Below are positions 38,632 to 47,994 of a stretch of 49,572 bases of DNA, piece by piece. The stretch spans positions 1 to 49,572 of the forward strand of contig JAXDKI010000106.1 of NCBI GenBank assembly GCA_034667245.1, written 5' to 3'. The stretch's first letter is position 1, and every line of letters starts with the position of its first letter. The notes below the pieces were generated by a model that had not been told where the DNA came from, ran no database searches, and worked only from the letters and a program-made list of their open reading frames with translations. A program made the translations under genes and the position numbers. This DNA is from Thermomicrobiales bacterium (GTDB lineage Bacteria; Chloroflexota; Chloroflexia; Thermomicrobiales; UBA6265).

Positions 38632-40647
38632 GTGCCCGTACCCGCAGGTAAAACCGAAGCTGCTTTGGTCGAACCGGGCCAGGACGACGGTCGGACGAAA
38701 CGACCGGCGACGCCGGGGCGTCCGAACGTGCTCAAGCCGGGGACGGTGCTCCAGAACCGCTATCGCGTTCTGGACGTGCTTGGCGTGGGCGGAATGAGTA
38801 CCGTCTATCGAGCTCGGGACTTGCGGTTCACGAGCGTTGAGCGTCTCTGCGCCATCAAGGAGATGTTCAATTCGACGGAGGATCCTAAGCTCCGCCAACT
38901 CCGACTCTCCAATTTTCAACGCGAAGCCGCATTGCTCGCGACGCTGACGCACTCGGCCATTCCCCGCATCTACGACTACTTCGAGCAGCAAGGCACGATC
39001 TACCTCGTCCTGGAACTGATTCACGGCCTCGATCTCGAGACGTTGCTAAGTCAGCGCGCCGAACCATTTGAGGAAGAGGCGGTTATCGACTGGACGCTCG
39101 AACTCTCCAGCGTCCTCGAATATTTGCATGGCCAGGAACCAGAGCCCGTCATCTTCCGCGATCTCAAGCCGAGCAACATCATGATCCGCGACGACGGCCG
39201 GCTGATGCTCGTTGACTTCGGAATCGCCCGGTCGTTCGCACCACAGCAAAGAGGCACGATGATTGGGACCGAGGGCTATGCACCGCCGGAGCAGTATCGC
39301 GGGATCGCGGACGCCCGCGGCGACTTGTACGCGCTCGGCGCAACGCTGCATCACCTCTCAACCGGCAGCGATCCCCGCAGCGAGACGCCTTTCACCTTCG
39401 CGCAGCGACCGCCTCGTCGTCTCAACCAGCGTCTCACGCCCGAATTCGAGCAGATCGTGCTCAAGATGGTTCAGTACTCTCCGGCCGATCGCTACCAAAC
39501 CATCCATGAGCTGAAACGCGCCATCCTCGAACTCAAGAACCGGCCGACGTGGGTCGCGAGCGCGGTCGAGGCGGTCGAGGCGAACAAGCGGAACCGTGCC
39601 AACGGCTCGAACTTATTGAGCGTTCCGGTCTGGGCGTCTGACGCCGCCGGTCGTTCGCCTGCAGCTGCTCCCGCAACCCAAGACAACCGCCTCGACTGGA
39701 CCCTCAAGACGGGAGACGAGGTGAGGAGCTCCGCTTCAATTGCCGGCGGGGCAGTCTACATCGGGTCTTATGACGGAAATCTCTACGCTGTGGACGAAAC
39801 AGATGGCACGGTACGCTGGCGTTTCAAAACGCAGCGCGGCATTGTTTCCAGACCGCTCCCAATTGCGGAGATGGTGATTTTCGGGTCGGAAGATCGCAGC
39901 GTCTACGCCGTGTCACGACAGACCGGCCGCTCGATCTGGTCCTATCGCACGAACATGGCCGTCCGGTCATCGGCGCTGGCCGATGACAGGTCATGCTATG
40001 TGGGGTCAGACGACGGGTTCCTCTACCGGCTCGACCGGACGAAGGGCACCGTCGGTTGGCGGTACCGTACCTGGGGACCCATACGCTCGTCCGCTCACGC
40101 CGACAGGGAACAGATCATCTTCGGCTCGGATGACGGATATCTTTACTGCGTGCAGCGGGAAACCGGGCAGCTTAATTGGCGCTACAACGTGGGATCTCCC
40201 GTCATGTCGTCGCCGCTGGTGGCCCAGGGCATCGTGGTCGTCGGCGCGTCAGATGGGGCAGTGCGTGGTTTGTCGACAACCGACGGCAAATTGCTCTGGA
40301 CATACCAAACAGGAAAGACGGTGATCGCCTCACCGGTGGTCGTCGATCAGACGGTCTACATCGGTTCGGCCGACGGGGCGGTCTACGCCCTGGCTCTCGA
40401 CTCGGGAGGGGTCAATTGGAAATCGCCGCTGTGCCGCCAATTGACGGCTACTGCTTCGACTGATGGGGGCTGGCTCTACGTCGGCGGGGTCGATGGCACG
40501 CTTTACTGTCTCAATCGGGATGATGGCTCGGTCAAATGGTCGGTCGCGCTCGGCGGCCCGATCGTCGCCAAGCCGCTCGTCACTCCGGATCACATTATCG
40601 TGGGCAGTCTCGACGGAACGGTTTACGCACTGCACCGGTCGACGTAG
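38632..40647 (+). CDS. Ser/Thr protein kinase with a C-terminal PQQ-like beta-propeller
   Basis: LGVGGMSTVY, AIKE, FRDLKPSN, DFG and GTEGYAPPEQ, followed by about 8 GSxDGxLY...G...W repeats. Start uncertain (38530-38728). Confidence 0.93.
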   Translation: MPVPAGKTEAALVEPGQDDGRTKRPATPGRPNVLKPGTVLQNRYRVLDVLGVGGMSTVYRARDLRFTSVERLCAIKEMFNSTEDPKLRQLRLSNFQREAALLATLTHSAIPRIYDYFEQQGTIYLVLELIHGLDLETLLSQRAEPFEEEAVIDWTLELSSVLEYLHGQEPEPVIFRDLKPSNIMIRDDGRLMLVDFGIARSFAPQQRGTMIGTEGYAPPEQYRGIADARGDLYALGATLHHLSTGSDPRSETPFTFAQRPPRRLNQRLTPEFEQIVLKMVQYSPADRYQTIHELKRAILELKNRPTWVASAVEAVEANKRNRANGSNLLSVPVWASDAAGRSPAAAPATQDNRLDWTLKTGDEVRSSASIAGGAVYIGSYDGNLYAVDETDGTVRWRFKTQRGIVSRPLPIAEMVIFGSEDRSVYAVSRQTGRSIWSYRTNMAVRSSALADDRSCYVGSDDGFLYRLDRTKGTVGWRYRTWGPIRSSAHADREQIIFGSDDGYLYCVQRETGQLNWRYNVGSPVMSSPLVAQGIVVVGASDGAVRGLSTTDGKLLWTYQTGKTVIASPVVVDQTVYIGSADGAVYALALDSGGVNWKSPLCRQLTATASTDGGWLYVGGVDGTLYCLNRDDGSVKWSVALGGPIVAKPLVTPDHIIVGSLDGTVYALHRST

Positions 40648-40679
40648 CTAACACGACGTAGGGAAGAGGAGGTCGCTCG

Positions 40680-40964
40680 GTGTCGATGATGGCCATTGTG
40701 CACCTGCACGGCGAGGAGTCGTTCTTGGCGGACTTGGACGAACTGCCGGATCCCAACCACAACTACATCATGCTGCGAAACATCCGTAAGAAGGACGGCA
40801 AGCCGCTCAGTTACGTCGCCGATGGCGCGACGGCCTTTCTCTATTCGTGGAGCCGTATCTCGTTCATCGAAATGATGGGGGAGATTCCGAGTTCGGCCCG
40901 GCCCGAACCTGCCCTGCCGGAGGGAACGACCGTCTTCGGGTTTTTCCGGGAGGACGACAAGTAA
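40680..40964 (+). CDS. Small hypothetical protein
   Basis: 94 aa, SD GAGGAGG, directly downstream of the kinase and followed by a terminator. Confidence 0.8.
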   Translation: MSMMAIVHLHGEESFLADLDELPDPNHNYIMLRNIRKKDGKPLSYVADGATAFLYSWSRISFIEMMGEIPSSARPEPALPEGTTVFGFFREDDK

Positions 40965-41011
40965 CGCGCGATTCCCTGGAGTTGCCGCCGTAGCGTTCGC
41001 CTGATACAAGA

Positions 41012-41059
41012 AAACACGGCGTCACCGGAAGTGCACGGAACTCCGGTGACGCCGTGTTT
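41012..41059. terminator. Bidirectional terminator hairpin between convergent genes
   Basis: Perfect 18-bp stem AAACACGGCGTCACCGGA-N12-TCCGGTGACGCCGTGTTT. Confidence 0.8.
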
Positions 41060-41078
41060 GCCAGGAAGTTTGGTATAC

Positions 41079-41309
41079 CTAAATCTCGTCGGCGCGAACC
41101 TCGCGGGTCTCGACAACCTTGACGCCGTCGTCGCGGCGCGTGGTCGTCGAGTCTTTGGGCAGGGCGCCCGTCTCATCTTCAGACGCCTTCTTGAATTCCT
41201 TGATGCTCTTGCCCATCGCACCACCGATCTCCGGCAGCTTGCCCGCTCCGAAGATAATGATGACGATGACCAGGACGATCATCAGTTCTTGCCATCCCAG
41301 GCTGGGCAT
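41079..41309 (-). CDS. tatA: Twin-arginine translocase TatA/E subunit
   Basis: [40 protein letters not shown]; SD GAGGAGG. Confidence 0.95.
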   Translation of the reverse strand: MPSLGWQELMIVLVIVIIIFGAGKLPEIGGAMGKSIKEFKKASEDETGALPKDSTTTRRDDGVKVVETREVRADEI

Positions 41310-41590
41310 CGCTCGTTCCTCCTCGTGTCGCGCCCGGCCAACGGGTCGCGCTGTATCGGCGAACCGCGGCAGAGTATAGCGATCAGTGATCGTCGCTGAC
41401 AACCAAATTTCGCGGCGCAGGTACTTCAGAGGCGGATTCGGGTCGCATAACGGTGCCCAATCCTAAAGTCGGGACGTTGTTGCCAGCCGGACGATAGGTA
41501 GCGCGTTTGGCCACCGACAGTGTACTCGGTTATCATTGGCAGGTTTGAAAGACGGACGCTTTCAGTGATCGACAACCGGTTGAGGAGCAT

Positions 41591-41713
41591 ATGCCGACGC
41601 AGGTTCAATTGAGCGACGACGACGTCACGTTTCTGCTGACGTTTCTCCGCAATGCGACATCCCCTGTCACGACGCAGCAACTGATCGACGCCCTCCGTAG
41701 CCGCGTTCGGTAG
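41591..41713 (+). CDS. Unannotated 40-aa small protein
   Basis: SD GAGGAG then ATG; MPTQVQLSDDDVTFLLTFLRNATSPVTTQQLIDALRSRVR. Below the ORF-track length cut-off. Confidence 0.65.
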   Translation: MPTQVQLSDDDVTFLLTFLRNATSPVTTQQLIDALRSRVR

Positions 41714-41754
41714 TTTGCCCCCGCGGCCTGCGACGCCGAAGGAGACCATCGTCG

Positions 41755-43485
41755 ATGCTTTCGTTGGAAGAGAAAACAGACATTGCCTTTGCCGGCTCAC
41801 CCGAAGAGCAGCGCATCGCGCGTGAGGTGTTCGCGGTCATGCGTGCGCAGGGCCGGTTCATGTCCTCTGACGCACCGATTCGCGTCTCTCTCGATTCCGC
41901 CCGTGCCTTCCTAGCGCAGACTGCTGGAGAGGATGCGGCAGCAAGAATCGAGCGGGTGCTCGAACTTAACACGGAAATCTTTGCCCTCCTTGAGCTCGAC
42001 GAGCAGACGATTATCGAGACGACGAGGGGCGGCCGGGTGCCGCGTCAGACCATGACCGACCGTACTCACAGTTTCGACCGTCGGTTCATGATACCGTTGC
42101 CAAAACCAGAGGCTCCCGAGCGGCCCGTCCGCGAACGGCCCCGCGTCGATCCCTCCTGGGCGACCCTGGATCAGCTCCTAGCCCCGTTCGATGCGGAGGA
42201 CTTCGATCTCGATCTGCCCGCTGTCCAAGAAGTGCCAGAGTCGGAGGAGCCGGTCGCCGAGGTCGCCGCACCCGAGGCGCCACCGGTCGAAGTCGAAGAA
42301 GAGGTGCCGGTCGAGATCGCTCCCGCGCGGACGATTACCGTCCCCGCCGCCCCACAGGCCGATGTGGCCCGTGTCGACGACATCGAGTTGGCGAGCGCCA
42401 TCGCCGAGCGGCTGCGGACCGACTCCCGGATCGCCAACTTCGGCGATCAATGGATGCTCGAGGACCAGGTACCTCGCTTCAGCCGCGGTGATCTCCGTCG
42501 CCTCAAGGACTACATTCAGGAGCAGGAGCAGCCGCTGACGGATGATGTCCTGGTGCAGGACGTGCTCGGCATCCGGCCCACCACCCCGGACTTCGACTTG
42601 ATGCGGTTTGCCGTCAACTTCCGGCTCTCGCGCGAGCACCGGGAGTTCGATTTCGTCGGCACCGCGAATCAGCGGTTCTGGAGTACCAGCAATCTGCCGC
42701 AGATCGGCACCACCCGGCGCAAGCCGAACGAGATCGGCACCGACTATCGGTATCTCACCGACGAGCTCAGCGACCAGCCGGCCCAACGATCGGTGAAGTC
42801 GGTGGACCACGTCATCTCCTTCTACGAGTACTACCTAGGGCTGTTGCCGTACGACGCCGACATGCAGGCGCTTCTGCCGGCACCGCTTCTTCCGAACCAG
42901 CGCTCGGCCGTCCTGACGTTCGAAACGCCGCAGTCCTACACCACCTATCTGGTGGAACTCCGGTATCCGACGCCGAACCGGGGCGGGTTCATCTTGGGCC
43001 TGGACGACTTCTTCACCGAGAATCTCGTGCCGGGTGCGCTGATCTCAATCAAGCGCACCGACAACGATGGGCACTACCTGGTTGAGTACCTGTCGGCGGG
43101 TAACCAGAGCGCTCGGCTCCTTGAGTTGGAGGACCGCCGTCAGCGCTACGTCTTCCGCCCGACCTCCTATGCCTGCGGCGTCGAGGACTCGTTCCTGTTG
43201 ACCGAAGAGCGATTCCCGCACTTCGGTTCCGAGAAACCGCTCGACGAGAAGATCCGAAGACGGCCGGAATCTGTTGTCGCCGCCACGTTCGAGCGCCTCG
43301 GTCACCGGAGTGACACACAGGGATTCTGGGCGACCTTCGAGGATCTGCTCGCGGCGGTGAATATCGAGCGGCCGTTCTCGGAACGATATTTGCGTTCGAT
43401 TCTCGAAAACGACGAGACCGGCGCCTTCGCGCGCGATCCCGATGGATCAGATGCCTACACCTACGTCCCCGGAACAACGTCCTAA
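41755..43485 (+). CDS. Hypothetical cytoplasmic protein, 576 aa
   Basis: Long ORF with host-like codon usage; an acidic Pro/Glu linker separates folded-looking domains. Confidence 0.85.
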   Translation: MLSLEEKTDIAFAGSPEEQRIAREVFAVMRAQGRFMSSDAPIRVSLDSARAFLAQTAGEDAAARIERVLELNTEIFALLELDEQTIIETTRGGRVPRQTMTDRTHSFDRRFMIPLPKPEAPERPVRERPRVDPSWATLDQLLAPFDAEDFDLDLPAVQEVPESEEPVAEVAAPEAPPVEVEEEVPVEIAPARTITVPAAPQADVARVDDIELASAIAERLRTDSRIANFGDQWMLEDQVPRFSRGDLRRLKDYIQEQEQPLTDDVLVQDVLGIRPTTPDFDLMRFAVNFRLSREHREFDFVGTANQRFWSTSNLPQIGTTRRKPNEIGTDYRYLTDELSDQPAQRSVKSVDHVISFYEYYLGLLPYDADMQALLPAPLLPNQRSAVLTFETPQSYTTYLVELRYPTPNRGGFILGLDDFFTENLVPGALISIKRTDNDGHYLVEYLSAGNQSARLLELEDRRQRYVFRPTSYACGVEDSFLLTEERFPHFGSEKPLDEKIRRRPESVVAATFERLGHRSDTQGFWATFEDLLAAVNIERPFSERYLRSILENDETGAFARDPDGSDAYTYVPGTTS

Positions 43486-44407
43486 CGACCAGGCCACCCC
43501 GGCCGATGCCATTCGTGCCATCGGCCGGGGTGACTTCTCTCCCCGCGACCTTGTCCCTCTTTCCGACTTAGGCCGTGCCGACGCGGCAGCGTTCGCGCGG
43601 GCCTGGCCTACATTCACAGATGACCAGCGAGAGCGGGTCGTTCGTAGCTTGTCGGAGTTGGCTGAGACCAATGTGGAGTACGTCTTCGGTCGAGCGCTGC
43701 GTGTCGCGCTGAGCGATCCGTCGGCGGTTGTCCGGCAGCTCGCGGTCGCGGCCTTGTGGGAAGACGAAGGGTCCGACTTGGTCGCGACCCTTCTCGATCT
43801 CGTCGATCGAGACCCATCGCAAGATGTGCGCGCGGAGGCCGCCCAGGGACTCGGACGGTTCGCGGAACGCGCGGCCGAAGAGGAACTCGATCCCGGGCTC
43901 GCCGATCGCCTTAGAGAGACCCTTGTCGCGATCGCCGACGACGCGCGTGAGCCCTATGTCGTACGGCGTCGGGCGCTGGAAAGTGTGGCAGTGTTCGGAC
44001 GACGGGACGAGATCGTCGACCTCATTCGAGACGCCTACGATGCCGACGACGCCGGTCTTCGCGTTGGCGCAATCTATGCCATGGGGCGCTCGTTGGACAC
44101 CAACTGGCTCGATGTCGTCATGCACGAGTTCGAAAGCCCGGATGAAGAGATGCGGTTCGAAGCCGCCCGAGCTAGCGGAGAACTCGGTGACGACCGCGCG
44201 GTCTTGGCCCTTGCGGATCTCGCCGTGGAGGAGGACACCGAGGTGCGCCAGGCTGCGATCGGCGCCTTGGGGAAGATCGGCGGCACGTCGGCGGTGAATG
44301 CACTGCGGCGACTTTCGAGAAGCGTCGGCATCGCCGACGCCGAGGCGGTCCAGGACGCACTCGAAGAGGCCCTCGTGTCCGTCGATTCACTCCGGCCGCG
44401 GACGTGA
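43451..44407 (+). CDS. HEAT-repeat protein
   Basis: Repeated D...VR..A..ALG motifs. Confidence 0.88.
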   Translation: MPTPTSPEQRPNDQATPADAIRAIGRGDFSPRDLVPLSDLGRADAAAFARAWPTFTDDQRERVVRSLSELAETNVEYVFGRALRVALSDPSAVVRQLAVAALWEDEGSDLVATLLDLVDRDPSQDVRAEAAQGLGRFAERAAEEELDPGLADRLRETLVAIADDAREPYVVRRRALESVAVFGRRDEIVDLIRDAYDADDAGLRVGAIYAMGRSLDTNWLDVVMHEFESPDEEMRFEAARASGELGDDRAVLALADLAVEEDTEVRQAAIGALGKIGGTSAVNALRRLSRSVGIADAEAVQDALEEALVSVDSLRPRT

Positions 44408-45471
44408 AGAGGCTTCTCTCGAAAGTCTCCCGTCCTGCTGTCCTACCAATCGAGTCCCCGCTGTCGACTGATGCCGCGGCCTGGGATGAAGCCCTGGAGT
44501 CACTCGGTGGACATCTCCTCCAGTCGTGGAGGTGGGGTGAGTTCAAGTCTGGTCACGGCTGGACTGTCGAGCGCGTCGCGGTGAACGGCGTGGGGTCGGC
44601 GATGGCCCAAGTCCTGTTTCGTCGTCGCGGCCCGGTCTCGGTCGGCTACATCCCGCGTGGCCCCGCGTTCAGTCCCGGGGATGTCGAATCGCTGCGGGAA
44701 CTTTTCCAGCGTATCGATCAGGTTTGTCGAACGCACCGTGCCCTCTACCTGATCGTCGAACTGGACAGTCCGCTGCCATTCCAAGGCAGGTTCAAAGGCG
44801 AAGGTTTCGTCCGGGGCCCCGACCACATACAGCCAGGCCGAACGGTCAAAGTGCCGTTGCTCGACGATGAACGTCTCTTGGGGCAGATGCACCAGAAGAC
44901 GAGATACAGCGTCCGCCTCGCCGAGCGCCGCGGTGTCACGATCGAACGATGCCACGTCACTCCCGACAACGTTCGCTCGTTCTTTGACCTCCTCCAAGAT
45001 ACCTCCCAGCGAAACGGGTTCGGTATCCACGAGGAGCGTTACTATGCTGACTTTCTTCGCTTCTTCGGTGACGACGCGTTGCTGACCTTTGCGCTCGTTG
45101 AAGGATCGAGAGCGGCGGGTCTCATTGCTGCCAGGTTCGGCAGGGAGGCTATCTACATGTACGGAGCCTCTTCCAGTGAGCACCGCGCTCACGGCGCCGC
45201 GTTTCGCCTACAGTTCGAAGCCATGAGATGGGCGCGGGAACTAGGTTGCCACCGCTACGATCTGTGGGGAATCCCTGCCGAGGACCCAGTGACGACGGGT
45301 GAACAAGGAGGAGAACGGGTCGCCGCTACCCGTGGCGATGACTGGCGCGGCCTGTATCGATTCAAGGTCGGTTTCGGGGGCGAGATCGTGAGCTACCCAC
45401 CGACACTCGAGCGACGGTACCATCCAATGACCGCATTCCTCGCCCGTCGCGTCTATTCTACCCCTCGGTAG
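44404..45471 (+). CDS. FemABX/FemX family peptidoglycan bridge aminoacyltransferase
   Basis: HLLQSWRWGEFK, YIPRGP, KTRYSVRLAERRGV, YMYGAS, YDLWG and GLYRFKVGFGG motifs. Confidence 0.92.
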   Translation: MKRLLSKVSRPAVLPIESPLSTDAAAWDEALESLGGHLLQSWRWGEFKSGHGWTVERVAVNGVGSAMAQVLFRRRGPVSVGYIPRGPAFSPGDVESLRELFQRIDQVCRTHRALYLIVELDSPLPFQGRFKGEGFVRGPDHIQPGRTVKVPLLDDERLLGQMHQKTRYSVRLAERRGVTIERCHVTPDNVRSFFDLLQDTSQRNGFGIHEERYYADFLRFFGDDALLTFALVEGSRAAGLIAARFGREAIYMYGASSSEHRAHGAAFRLQFEAMRWARELGCHRYDLWGIPAEDPVTTGEQGGERVAATRGDDWRGLYRFKVGFGGEIVSYPPTLERRYHPMTAFLARRVYSTPR

Positions 45472-45484
45472 CCTGTGAGCGACC

Positions 45485-46990
45485 ATGCCTTCCGCGACCC
45501 TCACTGAGCTCGTCTCCAACCATCCCGAGCTCCGCCTTTCCGGCGATCCGACGACCCGTGTCACGGGTATGCAGTACGACTCGCGTTTGATCGCGCCTGG
45601 CGATCTCTTCGTCGCGATTCCTGGTGGTCATTTCGACGGTCATGCCTTCATCTCCGACGCCGTTGCCCGCGGTGCCGTCGCGGTCATGGCGGAGAGGGAC
45701 GCGCCGGAAGGGTTGCCGGCGATTCTCGCCGCCGACACTCGGCAGACGCTCCCGCCGGTTGCCGCGACCTTCTTCGGTCGGCCCTCGCTGGAGCTCGGGG
45801 TCATCGGGATCACCGGCACCGACGGGAAAACGACGACGAGCTATCTCGTCGACGCGATTCTGCGCGACGGCGAACTCGAGACCGGAATGGTCGGCACCGT
45901 CTCTGTTCGTATCGCCGGCAGCGTCGTCGATCACGAAACCCGGCAGACGACGCCGGAATCGCTCGACGTCCAGCGGTATCTCCGCCAGATGGTCGACGCG
46001 GACGTCCAATGGGCGATTCTGGAGGCGACCTCGCACGGTCTCGATCTCCACCGGTTGGACGAGGTCCGATTCGCCATCGGCGCCGTGACGAACGTCACCC
46101 ACGAGCATCTCGAGCACCACAAGACGATTGAGTCGTACCGGCGCGCCAAAGGCATCCTGTTTGAACGTCTGTCCGCCTCTGGCGGCACCGCCGTTGTCAA
46201 CCTCGACGACGAAGGCGCACGTGAGATGCTCAAATACGCTTGTGGGTCCAACGTGCTGACCTATAGTGTGCTCGATCCAGTGGCTGACATCCGGGCCGCC
46301 GATATCGTGCTCGGGGTGTCCGGCAGCCGGTTTGAGCTCGTCACACCTCAGGGTTCAGCTTGGATCGATCTCCCACTCGTCGGCGGCTTTAACGTTGCGA
46401 ATGCACTCTGCGCAGCCGGTGTGGCGATCGCCGCGGCTGTTCCGCTCCAGACGATCGCAGATTCGTTGGCGTGCGCGTCGCCGGTACCGGGCAGGATGGC
46501 GCGGATTGACCTTGGACAGCCGTTTACCGTGATCGTCGACTATGCGCATACGCCGGAGTCGTTGACGAAGGTCCTGCAACTTCTTCGTTCGCTCAACCCC
46601 GACGGCCGTCTGCTCGCGGTCAGCGGCAGCGCCGGCGACCGCGACACGACGAAGCGGCCGCTGCAAGGCGAGGTGTCCGCCAAGCTGGCCGACGTCAGCG
46701 TCTTCACGACCGAAGACCCGAGGTTCGAGGATCCCGACATTATCATCGACGAGATCGCCGCGGGTGCGGCGCGGGTTGGGGCTCGGCGGGGGTACGAGTA
46801 CCATTGCGTCACCGACCGCCGCGAGGCCATTCGCCTTGCGCTCTCTCTGGCGCGGCCCGGCGACTGCATTCTGCTCGCGGGCAAAGGTCACGAGCGCAGC
46901 ATTATCTGGGGGCATGAGAAGCGCCCATGGGACGAAGCCGGCGTCGCGAGAGAACTCCTGACCGAACTGGGCTTTGGAGTCCGCGGTTGA
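45485..46990 (+). CDS. murE: UDP-MurNAc-L-Ala-D-Glu:diamino acid ligase
   Basis: DSR, DGH, GTDGKTTT, TTPES, EATSHGL, VDYAHTP and AGKGHE motifs. Confidence 0.95.
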   Translation: MPSATLTELVSNHPELRLSGDPTTRVTGMQYDSRLIAPGDLFVAIPGGHFDGHAFISDAVARGAVAVMAERDAPEGLPAILAADTRQTLPPVAATFFGRPSLELGVIGITGTDGKTTTSYLVDAILRDGELETGMVGTVSVRIAGSVVDHETRQTTPESLDVQRYLRQMVDADVQWAILEATSHGLDLHRLDEVRFAIGAVTNVTHEHLEHHKTIESYRRAKGILFERLSASGGTAVVNLDDEGAREMLKYACGSNVLTYSVLDPVADIRAADIVLGVSGSRFELVTPQGSAWIDLPLVGGFNVANALCAAGVAIAAAVPLQTIADSLACASPVPGRMARIDLGQPFTVIVDYAHTPESLTKVLQLLRSLNPDGRLLAVSGSAGDRDTTKRPLQGEVSAKLADVSVFTTEDPRFEDPDIIIDEIAAGAARVGARRGYEYHCVTDRREAIRLALSLARPGDCILLAGKGHERSIIWGHEKRPWDEAGVARELLTELGFGVRG

Positions 46991-47955
46991 TCGCGTCTCG
47001 GTCCCCCAAACTCCTCTCGTTGCGATTCGCCGCGCTGCTCGTCGTCCTGGCGTCGTTCGGCAACCTGACTGCGTCACCTGCCCACGGAGAAGACAAGCAT
47101 CCTCCAGGACGGATCGCATTCGTTCGCAAGGGAGACATCTGGGTCTGGCAGAACGGAAAGACGGAGCGCATCATCAAGGACGGTGCCGCCAGCGATCCCC
47201 GCTGGTCGCCAACCGGTCGATTCGTGCTGTTCGTCCGATCCGGCGACAGCTATTCGAATCTCATCCTCTACGACCTTGAGACGGACTCGGAGACGCAGCT
47301 CACCTTTAACCAGTCCGACGCACAGCCGGGAAGCCCCGATTATGTGGCCACGACGTCGTGGGTGTTTGATCCTGATTGGACGCCGACGGGTCTCATCGGA
47401 TTCGCCTCCGACGCGACGACCGACGGCTCGACAATCCTGTGGTTGCTGCCCGATCCCGAGCTCTCCCCCGAGCCTGCGCCGGCGGCAGGCATCGAAGATG
47501 ACATCGAGGGCGTTAGCCTTGCCGCTGATGGCAGCCGGGCCGCCTACACGGTCCGCGCGCGTGACAAGGATGGAGGCAACCACACCTTCGTCGCGCTCCG
47601 AAACTTGTCCGACGGCACGACGACGATTGTGGCGGACAAGCCGGGCGGGGCATTTGACCCGGCCATCGCACCGGATGATGGATCGGTGGCCGTGGCCATC
47701 CGCGCCGACGATGGAACGAGCGACATCTGGCTCGTCGACCGCGCAGGTGGTTTGACACGCGTCACATCCGGCGCGCAAGCAACTGAGCCCGCTTGGTCGC
47801 CTGACGGCCGATGGTTGGCCTACATACGCATGATCGACTACAGCTTCGAGCTTTGGGCGGTACCGCGCGACGGCGATGGCTTCGGAAAGCCGCAGCGCCT
47901 CTTCCGATTCAAAAACCTCGATGCCACGAGCCGAATCTCCTGGACACTTTCCTAA
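46987..47955 (+). CDS. Secreted TolB-like/PD40 beta-propeller protein
   Basis: N-terminal signal peptide; repeats PRWSPTG, PDWTP, PAIAPD and PAWSPDG. TTG start overlaps the murE stop. Confidence 0.85.
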   Translation: MIASRSPKLLSLRFAALLVVLASFGNLTASPAHGEDKHPPGRIAFVRKGDIWVWQNGKTERIIKDGAASDPRWSPTGRFVLFVRSGDSYSNLILYDLETDSETQLTFNQSDAQPGSPDYVATTSWVFDPDWTPTGLIGFASDATTDGSTILWLLPDPELSPEPAPAAGIEDDIEGVSLAADGSRAAYTVRARDKDGGNHTFVALRNLSDGTTTIVADKPGGAFDPAIAPDDGSVAVAIRADDGTSDIWLVDRAGGLTRVTSGAQATEPAWSPDGRWLAYIRMIDYSFELWAVPRDGDGFGKPQRLFRFKNLDATSRISWTLS

Positions 47956-47994
47956 CCCTTTGGCGCCTCACCTCGCGGACACTGGCACAGGCGA

